Assembly (NCBI GenBank): GCA_963847625.1
Contig: CAWKAR010000013.1
Span: 96,001-160,000, forward strand
Direction of reading: 5' to 3'
DNA: 64,000 bases
Source of the DNA: a candidate division FCPU426 bacterium
GTDB taxonomy: Bacteria; Oederibacteriota; Muellerivitia; Muellerivitales; Muellerivitaceae
Shown here: positions 28,741 through 36,423 of the stretch, in pieces
How the letters are laid out: every line of letters begins with the position of its first letter
How positions within the stretch are numbered: the first letter of the stretch is position 1
Position numbers and translations under genes: made by a program
The notes under the pieces: model-generated
Seen by the model: only the letters and a program-made list of their open reading frames with translations
What the model was told of the DNA's origin: nothing
The model's database searches: none

Positions 28741-29219
28741 TTGTCATTCCGAATAATACCAGGGGGTTTGAACCCCAGAAATTCGCGGGATTTGCCCATC
28801 CATCAATCACAAGTTGATGGATGAAGATTGGCAATGTCATTTGCATAAACAAATGATAAAAGCAGGTGGGTTCAACGGCCTAAAGTGTTGAATGGTGGCC
28901 TGACCCCCTTTTTTTGCGAACTGGACTAATCCCGAGTTGAACCCTGGTATCGGTCTGGGATTCAAATTGGCGGGGGGCTTGGATTTATTCGTACAAATGA
29001 AAATGGCGATGGATTTCGAGACGACGGCCCAAAGCAACGCGTCAAAAGGCGAGCTTTATTCCGACAACCCTATACTATTTTTCCCAATCCAAGCCGGCGC
29101 GAATTACCATTTCTAGGCGTGGGGCAGACCCTTATTTCCTGACCGCAAAATATTACGTATTCTATAATCAATAGGCCCCTTTTTTTCGATGACCTTTTTT
29201 TCATTTATATTCAGGGAAG

Positions 29220-29719
29220 TCATTTAGAATCCACAGTTATTTTCATATTTGTCACTGTATTCAATAATTTTTTATTTAACTGTATAAGATTTTCATCAAA
29301 AATTTTTAAATGATTGGTAAAGTTCGACATTGATTCCATATTAATCCGATAATTTTCTCTACTTTTAATAATTTGTAACCTCTGAAAAAGTCGGCTTATC
29401 GCCAACTTTTTCAGCAATCATTGAAGGTAACCCCACGATTTCCCGCGGAAATCTTTGGGGTCGAAACCTCTGTTGGTCGCTTTTTTTGTTTTTCAGAGGT
29501 TTCAATTTCATTTATATTTTCAATTTCCAATGATGTATTTCTAAGATTAATAAACATTTCCGGTTTTTCCAAATAATAACTCGACAAATATATTTTCGCC
29601 AAATCAAAAAAACCCGTTTTAAGTAGTACAAGGGGAAATACAGATGCTTGGTTTTTTGATAAAAATCCTAATTCTTCTATCAACATAGTTTGATTTTTAT
29701 TAATTATTTCAAAGTCACT
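29220..29719 (-). pseudogene. AT-rich gene remnant(s) cut at the 5' side by IS3 copy 2
   Basis: Two short low-GC ORFs (29411-29686, 29220-29417) next to the IS end. Confidence 0.4.
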
Positions 29720-29752
29720 TGACCTTCCCCCAATGTTTGATCCAAATTTAAG

Positions 29753-30583
29753 TTAGTTAAGGCCCAACTTTTCGGCCTTTGCTTCCATTGGGGTTTTTCC
29801 CCCCAAACTGCTGTGCGGTCTCTGCCAGTTATACACCTGCCTCCACCAATCCACGACTACCTGGGCCTCCGCTTTTGAAAGAAAAATTTCTTGGTTCAGG
29901 CACTCATCCCTAAACTTTCCGTTGAAACTTTCGATGAATCCATTCTGCCATGGACTCCCTGGTTCGATATATAGCACCTCTACGCCCTTCTCCTCAAGCC
30001 AGTTCCTCAGTTCTTTCGCCACGAACTCTGGCCCGTTGTCCACCCGCAGGCACTTTGGTGTCCCGTACTCCGTCATCAACTCGTCCAGCGTCTCCAGCAC
30101 GTCCCGGCTTCTCATTCGCTTCTCCGCCCGGATCTCCAAGCATTCCCTAAATCCTTCATCCAACACCGTCAAAAACTTCACCTTTCCCCCGAACCATGTC
30201 AGGTCATGCACGAAGTCCATCGTCCACACCTCGTTGGAACCCAAAGCCGGGTGGGGCCTTCTCCATTCCGTCGGAACCCTCTTCTTCCTGGGTCTCCTGC
30301 GCGGTAATTGAAGCCCTGCTACCTGGTAGAGCCTCTCCACCCGCTTGTGATTCACATCAAGGCCTCTGCGTTCCAACATCCACAACATCCGAGGGCTTCC
30401 GAAACGTCGGTTTCTTTGCGCTAACTTAACCATTTCCTGCAGGATCACCTGGTTCAACGGATCTTCTGGCTGGGCCTCATATCGAAAACTCGATCGATTT
30501 ACCCCAAGAACATCACAGGCTCGTCTTTCCGGTACTTCCTGAGCCTTCAGGGCTTCCACCATGCCTTTTTGCTCCTCGATCAA
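29753..30583 (-). CDS. IS3 transposase OrfB
   Basis: Protein identical to 3988-4818. Confidence 0.95.
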   Translation of the reverse strand: MIEEQKGMVEALKAQEVPERRACDVLGVNRSSFRYEAQPEDPLNQVILQEMVKLAQRNRRFGSPRMLWMLERRGLDVNHKRVERLYQVAGLQLPRRRPRKKRVPTEWRRPHPALGSNEVWTMDFVHDLTWFGGKVKFLTVLDEGFRECLEIRAEKRMRSRDVLETLDELMTEYGTPKCLRVDNGPEFVAKELRNWLEEKGVEVLYIEPGSPWQNGFIESFNGKFRDECLNQEIFLSKAEAQVVVDWWRQVYNWQRPHSSLGGKTPMEAKAEKLGLN

Positions 30584-30849
30584 TACCCCTTTTTTTTTAT
30601 GTGCTCTTGGAGAACCTGAATAGCCAGGGCCTGATCACCCGCTAACTGCTTGAGTTTCCGGTTTTCTTCTTCCAGCTGTTTGATGCGGTGGACTTCGGAA
30701 ACTCCAAGGCTTCCGTACATGCGTTTCCAGCGGTAGTAAGTCTGCTCGGAAATGCCATGCTTTCGGAGAACTTCCTCAACGGCGGGAGCTTTCTCCGCCT
30801 CGCGGAGAATAGCCACTATCTGCTCAGATAAAAACCGTTTCTTTGCCAT
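30580..30849 (-). CDS. IS3 transposase OrfA
   Basis: Protein identical to 3722-3991. Confidence 0.92.
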   Translation of the reverse strand: MAKKRFLSEQIVAILREAEKAPAVEEVLRKHGISEQTYYRWKRMYGSLGVSEVHRIKQLEEENRKLKQLAGDQALAIQVLQEHIKKKGY

Positions 30850-30915
30850 CTTTCCCCTCCCGATCTATAATCCAAAACTAACATATTTTTGGATCAGTTT
30901 TCGGGGGAAAGGTCA

Positions 30916-31505
30916 AGGTTACGGTCTTCCTTGACTGGTTTGGCGCGGCGAATGGCACGGACCCGGTGCTCAAGGCCGGTATTGCCCATTTCTGGTTCGT
31001 GACCATCCATCCGTTTGAGGATGGCAACGGCCGCATCAGCAGGGCGATAGCCGACATGGCGCTGGCACGGGCCGAGGATACGATTGAACGGTTTTACAGC
31101 ATGTCCACGCAAATCGAAGCTGAAAAAAAACAGTATTACTCGAACTTGGAGCAAAGCCAGAAGGGCGGAATGGATATAACCCCGTGGCTGGAGTGGTTCT
31201 TGGGTTGCCTCGGACGCGCCATCGCGGGATCGGAAGATAGTCTCGCGGGCGTCCTACGTAAAGCGAAAGTTTGGGAACGCGTCAACCGCCAGTCACCGGT
31301 AAACGAGAGACAGCGCAAGGTGATCAATCGGCTGCTGGATGGTTTTGAGGGTAAACTCTCCACGTCAAAATACGCCAAGCTTGCCCAATGTTCTGGTGAC
31401 ACGGCATTGAGGGATATTAAATTTTTGCTTGACCGGGGCATTCTCATCCAAGACGAGGGCGGAGGCCGGTCTACGAGTTACCGTTTGGCGGAGCCGGAAG
31501 AATAG
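30916..31505 (+). pseudogene. 5'-truncated Fic-family protein with C-terminal HTH
   Basis: Fic motif HPFEDGNGRISR; the frame continues upstream (VTVFLDWFGAANGTDPVLKAG) to the IS end. Confidence 0.88.
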
Positions 31506-31795
31506 CCCATGCCATCCAACCACAATGCCACTTTTCCCGATTGTATCCATTAACTAAGGTGACTATACCTTCACGACACGTCAAGGGACGACCCTTCGGG
31601 TCGCCACTTGGGCGGAGCATGAACCCCGCCCAAGTACACGGCTAGGCCCCCAGGCAAACCCGGGGCCTTGGCGGCCGGTAAAGAAATTTTTTCCGCGGAC
31701 AACGACCGACGTGCTCCGCACGCGCCGATAACGGCTTAAAGTTTAGGGGCTTATATAGTTAACTTCCTCGACGAAAAGTAAAGATGTAGTTAGGT

Positions 31796-31952
31796 GTCAT
31801 TGTGAGGAGCGTCTTTCATTGGTTTTAGCGACAAAGCAACCTCAGTTAATGGGTATTAATACGCCGTCAAATTTGACTTGCCTGTTCCTTTAAGACGAAA
31901 ACCACCCATGAACTTTGGTTGCTTCGTCACAAAGTTCGTTCCTCGCAATGAC
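31796..31952. repeat. REP/RPE-like inverted pair GTCATTGTGAGGAGCG...GCGACAAAGCAACC / GGTTGCTTCGTCAC...TTCCTCGCAATGAC
   Basis: About 45 bp imperfect inverted arms around a ~75 bp spacer, nested within a family-B element. Confidence 0.7.
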
Positions 31953-32116
31953 AAATAAACCCTCCAGCAAAAGGGAGTTAAGTAAGTAAATCCCATAGTT
32001 TAAGGCTCTCTCAAACTTATCGGCGTCCATCGGATTTGATCGGCGGTTACATGTCTTTTTGCTTTTATTTGTTGTAAAGGGATACTTTCTTGCTGAAACA
32101 TGGAAAAATAGCCGGC

Positions 32117-34582
32117 ATGAATCCAATACCCCTGGTTCCCCTCCCCATCGATCCCTTGTTGCCTGGGATCGTCAAGGAACTGGAAAAACAGGTCTCCGCC
32201 GTCGTCACGGCCGAACCGGGGGCCGGTAAGACCACCCGGGTTCCTCCCGCCCTGCTGTCGGCCGGTTTTGCCAAGGACAAGGAAATCTGGGTCCTCCAGC
32301 CCCGAAGGATCGCGGCCAAGCTGGCCGCGGCGCGGGTAGCCGGCGAGCTGGGGGAGGAAATCGGGGAGAGGGTCGGATACCAGTTCCGCTTCGAGAAACG
32401 CCTTTCCCCCCGGACCCGCCTGAGATACCTCACGGATGGAATGCTCATGCCCCTGGCCCAGTCCGACCCCGCCCTCTCCAAGGTGGCGGCGGTCGTCCTG
32501 GATGAGTTCCACGAGCGCAGTCTCGCCCTGGACCTGGGGCTGGGCTGGCTGAAAAAACTCCAGGCGGGGCCGCGTCCCGACCTTCGCATCCTGGTCATGA
32601 GCGCCACCCTGGACGCCGGCCCGCTCTCGGAATACCTTTCCGGGTGCCGGGTTTTCAACAGCCTGGGCAAGCTCTTTCCCGTGGATATCCAATACCATCC
32701 CTACCCCCAGGAACGGGACCTTTCCCTGAAGGTGCGGTCCGCCGTGAAGCAACTCACCTCGGGCGGAACCCAGGGAACCATCCTGGTATTCCTGCCGGGC
32801 CAGGGGGAAATCAACCGTTGCAAGCAAGCCCTTCAAAAAGATTCCCTGGAAGTCTGCCCCCTCTACGGCGGCCTTTCCATGGAAGAACAGCAAAAAGCCC
32901 TGGAGCCCTCCAAGGGGACCAAGGTCATCCTCTCGACCAACCTGGCGGAGACTTCCTTGACCGTCCAGGGCGTGACGGCGGTGGTGGATTCGGGCCTCAC
33001 CCGTCAATCCCGGGTCTCACCCTGGTCGGGCCTGGAAAGCCTGGTGACGGTTCCCTCCAGCCAGGCCTCCGCGGCCCAGAGGGCGGGCCGGGCCGGACGC
33101 CTCCAGGCGGGCGTCTGCCTGCGCCTTTACTCCAAGCTCGATTTCGACCACAGGCCGGCGTTCGACCTGCCGGAGCTGCAACGCTCGGACCTGGCCAAGC
33201 CGATCCTGGACCTGAAGTCCTTCGGCGCGGATAGCCTGGAAAGTTTTCCCTGGTTCCAAAAGCCATCCTCTTCCCTGCTGGAATCCTCCCAGGCCCTGCT
33301 CCAAGGCATGGGCGCCATGGGTAAAGACGGCAAACTGACCCAACTGGGCGCAAGAATGGCCCATATGTCCCTCCATCCCCGCCTTTCCAAGTTCCTCATG
33401 GAGGCCGAGGAACTCTCTCCCAAAGATACCCGCACGCTCCGTTCCGCCTGCCGGTTGGCCGCCCTCATCAGCGGTGAAAAAGCGGAGTCGGAGGACTTGT
33501 TGGAAGAGTTGAAAAGATATAAACCCAGTTACGAGTCCCAACGGTTGGAGGAACAACTGGCCGGGCTGTTAAAGCTGGATGCCCGGAAGGGCCCTGGAAA
33601 TTCCGGCCCTATCGATACGGCGGTCCTGGCCAAAAGCCTGCTTTCGGCTTTTCCGGACCGGGTGGCCCTGGTCCGCGCCGGCCAATCGTCGGCGACCCGC
33701 CATTCCGCGGGGAGCAAGCGGGAACTCCTGCTATGCGGGGGAGGCACGGCCGTCGCGGGCGACAGCTCCCTGACGCGGCATCACGGGCTTTTCGTTGTGA
33801 TCGAGGCCCAGGAAACCACCCATGGCACCCAAGCCCAGGTGCAAGCCCGGTCCCTTTGCCCCATCGAGATGGACTGGCTTCTCGACCTGTTCCCGCAAAA
33901 CCTTTCCGAGGAGCAAACCCTCGAGTGGAACGAAAAATCCAAACGCGTGGAAGGCTTCAAGCGCCTGAAGTATTTCCAACTGGTCTTGGACGAGAAACCC
34001 CTGGCGCCCGGCGATTTCGGCCCCGAAGCCGCTTCCCTTTTATTGAAGGAAGCCCTCTCGGCAGGACCCCAGGCCTATTGCGACCCGGAGGAACTGGAAA
34101 TGTTGTTGAACCGCGCGCGTTTCGTCGCGGGCAGGGCCAAGGATTTCCCATTGATCACTGAGGAAAACATTAAGAGCACATTAAAGGATTTATGCCAGGG
34201 TTGCCGGAGCCTGGAGGATTTGAAAGAAGCCGGTTTGGTGGCGGCCTTGAAGGCGGGCCTTTCCCCCCAGGACCGGTCCCTTTTTGAAAATCTGGCCCCG
34301 GAGCATTTGACCCTTCCCTCGGGCCGGAAACTCATCCTCCATTATGAGGAAGGCAAACCGCCCTGGGGGGAATCCCGCATCCAGGATTTTTTCGGGATGA
34401 AAAAAGGCCCGGCGGTGGCGGGGGGCAAGGTGCCGGTGGTGCTTCACCTTCTCTCGCCCGCCAAGCGCCCGGTCCAGGTGACCAGCGACCTGGCGGGGTT
34501 CTGGGAAAAACACTATCCCCAGGTCCGAAAGGAATTGTCCCGGCGGTATCCCCGGCACAAATGGCCGGAAAACCCGGGGTAA
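32117..34582 (+). CDS. hrpB: ATP-dependent RNA helicase HrpB
   Basis: AEPGAGKTT, QPRRIAA, DEFH, MSAT, STNLAETSLT, QRAGRAGR, C-terminal QVTSDLAGFW...RYPRHKWP. Confidence 0.95.
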   Translation: MNPIPLVPLPIDPLLPGIVKELEKQVSAVVTAEPGAGKTTRVPPALLSAGFAKDKEIWVLQPRRIAAKLAAARVAGELGEEIGERVGYQFRFEKRLSPRTRLRYLTDGMLMPLAQSDPALSKVAAVVLDEFHERSLALDLGLGWLKKLQAGPRPDLRILVMSATLDAGPLSEYLSGCRVFNSLGKLFPVDIQYHPYPQERDLSLKVRSAVKQLTSGGTQGTILVFLPGQGEINRCKQALQKDSLEVCPLYGGLSMEEQQKALEPSKGTKVILSTNLAETSLTVQGVTAVVDSGLTRQSRVSPWSGLESLVTVPSSQASAAQRAGRAGRLQAGVCLRLYSKLDFDHRPAFDLPELQRSDLAKPILDLKSFGADSLESFPWFQKPSSSLLESSQALLQGMGAMGKDGKLTQLGARMAHMSLHPRLSKFLMEAEELSPKDTRTLRSACRLAALISGEKAESEDLLEELKRYKPSYESQRLEEQLAGLLKLDARKGPGNSGPIDTAVLAKSLLSAFPDRVALVRAGQSSATRHSAGSKRELLLCGGGTAVAGDSSLTRHHGLFVVIEAQETTHGTQAQVQARSLCPIEMDWLLDLFPQNLSEEQTLEWNEKSKRVEGFKRLKYFQLVLDEKPLAPGDFGPEAASLLLKEALSAGPQAYCDPEELEMLLNRARFVAGRAKDFPLITEENIKSTLKDLCQGCRSLEDLKEAGLVAALKAGLSPQDRSLFENLAPEHLTLPSGRKLILHYEEGKPPWGESRIQDFFGMKKGPAVAGGKVPVVLHLLSPAKRPVQVTSDLAGFWEKHYPQVRKELSRRYPRHKWPENPG

Positions 34583-34650
34583 TTCTTTAAAATGCGATTT
34601 TAAATGTTGAATGTTGAAATCTAAAAGGCGTTAAGTAAAAACCAAGTCCT

Positions 34651-34775
34651 TTGCCACGGATTCAGGGGATTCATTTAGATGGCCAAAACCAATTCCTAAC
34701 ACCTCACTACTAATTGTTTTTATATCCCATATATCCCATGCATCCGTGGCTAAGTTTATTTTGGGTAGGTGTGAC
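34651..34775. repeat. Repeat family A copy (reverse orientation)
   Basis: GCCACGGATTCAGGGGAT...ATCCCATGCATCCGTGGCTA...TTTGGGTAGGTGTG. Confidence 0.85.
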
Positions 34776-34840
34776 TTAAATTTATAATTTTCTGTATTTC
34801 GATTTTTTTCCCCTTAAAATGCGGCACGGAGGTTTGAAAA

Positions 34841-35410
34841 ATGGACAAGAAACTTTTGGAGAATTTGGGGCCCCTGGCCCCCCTGCCCGGCATTTGGGAA
34901 GGGCAAACCGGGGATGACATCGCGCCCTCCGACGACCGGGGGACCGAGAACAACAAGTACCGGGAAAGGATGACCTTCGAGCCCCTTCCTCCCGTCCAAA
35001 ACCACGAGCAAATGATGTACGGCCTGCGTTACCTGACCCAGGCTTGGCGCTTGGGTGAGGCGGACCCCTTCCACGACGAAGTGGGCTATTGGCTGTGGGA
35101 GGAAAAGAAAGGCATGATCCTGAAATGCGTTATGGTTCCCCGCGGGGTAGGTCTGATCGCCTCAGGCAAGGCGAAGCCGGACGCCAAGATTTTCAAGTTG
35201 TCCGCCATGGCGGGGAGCCCCTATGGGATCGTCGAAACCCCGTTCTTGAGCGAGGAATTCCAAACGGTGGGATTCGATTTGGAAATGAACATCCAAGAAC
35301 CCCGCATCCTGACTTACAAACAAGTGACCAGCCTCAGGATTAAGGGCCAGGACAGCGTTTTCGAGCACAAGGACCAAAACACGCTGAAATTTATCCGGCC
35401 GGTGGAATGA
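34841..35410 (+). CDS. FABP/nitrobindin-like (DUF1794) beta-barrel protein
   Basis: 'LGPLAPLPGIWEG..G.D', 'FHDEVGYWLW', 'FEHKDQNTL'. Confidence 0.78.
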   Translation: MDKKLLENLGPLAPLPGIWEGQTGDDIAPSDDRGTENNKYRERMTFEPLPPVQNHEQMMYGLRYLTQAWRLGEADPFHDEVGYWLWEEKKGMILKCVMVPRGVGLIASGKAKPDAKIFKLSAMAGSPYGIVETPFLSEEFQTVGFDLEMNIQEPRILTYKQVTSLRIKGQDSVFEHKDQNTLKFIRPVE

Positions 35411-35635
35411 ACGGCTAAGGCAAACCCTTCTTAGCCACAGATGCAGGGGATGCATGACATTCCAAAAAACCAGGAATGAATTATGAATGAACTGCCAAGG
35501 CAAACCCTTCTTAGCCACAGATGCAGGGGATGCAATTAGATGGCCGAAGAAAAGAGGCTTTAAATATTTATGTGTTTATTAAATCCCATGAATCCCATGC
35601 ATCCGTGGCTAAAGTCTATTTTGGACAGGTGTGAA
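35408..35635. repeat. Repeat family A copy (reverse) with a duplicated end
   Basis: Two AAGGCAAACCCTTCTTAGCCACAGATGCAGGGGATGCA ends; near mirror image of 41200-41350. Confidence 0.88.
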
Positions 35636-35700
35636 ATTAAACCATAATTGTTAATTCAAAATTAATCATTCTAACAACAGGCAGGTTATGAAAACCCCAA

Positions 35701-36270
35701 TTGGCATATTCAATGCGCGACTCTAATAACATTCATATCCCAAAGGAGACCACGCATCGTCTGGCCCGGAAGGCCTTGTTCGCGTTCCTTTTGATCTTCC
35801 TCATCGCGCGGATTGACGTATTCCTCATCATGTCCGGTTGGATACCCAATATGTATTTCTTCCTGAAGGGGACCCATGTCCACCACCTGAATTACGGCAT
35901 TTTCCTGCTGTCTTTTGTGGGAGGTTACAGCGTGTTTCAGCGGCCTACGGGAAGGGCGGCTGAAATCACCGCCTTTTTTTACGGAGTGGCCCTCGCCCTC
36001 ACATTCGACGAGTTCGGAATGTGGTTGCACCTGGGCGGCAGTTATTGGCAAAGGGTGAGCGTGGACGCCGTCATCGTGGTCGCGGCCCTGATCGGGCTGT
36101 TGGCGTACGCGCGGACCATTAAGCGTTTCGAAGCCAGGCATCTCTGGTCTTTCATCGCCCTGGCGGTTTTCCTGGTTGTTTTCGCGATTGTATTAACCCA
36201 CGCAGGAAACAAAATCGGCGATACGGTGGGCCCGAAACTCCAGGAACTGGAAGCCTCTTCCTCGCCCTGA
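35701..36270 (+). CDS. Integral membrane hypothetical protein
   Basis: About 5 TM segments with 'HVHHLNYGI' and 'LTFDEF' motifs. Confidence 0.75.
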   Translation: MAYSMRDSNNIHIPKETTHRLARKALFAFLLIFLIARIDVFLIMSGWIPNMYFFLKGTHVHHLNYGIFLLSFVGGYSVFQRPTGRAAEITAFFYGVALALTFDEFGMWLHLGGSYWQRVSVDAVIVVAALIGLLAYARTIKRFEARHLWSFIALAVFLVVFAIVLTHAGNKIGDTVGPKLQELEASSSP

Positions 36271-36423
36271 AGCTTCGTATCAGGCAGTGTGTGTAGCTCT
36301 ATTTATTGTTAACTCATTCAGAGACCCGTCCCCGTCGTGAAAAAATAAAATTATTCTATACCCAACCTTGTCCCCTCCGTAGACAACCTACTTCATTAGA
36401 GCTTAAAAGATAAAGTTATGTGA

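Larger units (their letters stand above)
28020..29116 (+). pseudogene. Outer-membrane beta-barrel fragment (copy 3) split by the yefM-yoeB segment
   Basis: 28020-28085 matches 24410-24475 and 28917-29116 matches 24485-24683 (ends GANYHF*). Confidence 0.8.
29720..30915 (-). mobile_element. IS3-family insertion sequence, 1196 bp, copy 2 (inverted relative to copy 1)
   Basis: Same inverted repeats and identical OrfA/OrfB proteins; flanks CACT / AGGT show no target duplication. Confidence 0.95.

Noticed and set aside
13300..29200. Canonical integron
   Set aside because: No IntI tyrosine recombinase in the window and the hairpin sites lack paired RYYYAAC/GTTRRRY cores
3656..30915. Past inversion between the two IS3 copies
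   Set aside because: Copy 1 keeps its TTAC duplication and both halves of its host gene
32000..34558. Long antisense and alternate-frame ORFs over hrpB (also over ABC, GH10, eno, thrC)
   Set aside because: Expected shadow ORFs in GC-rich coding DNA, with no recognisable motifs
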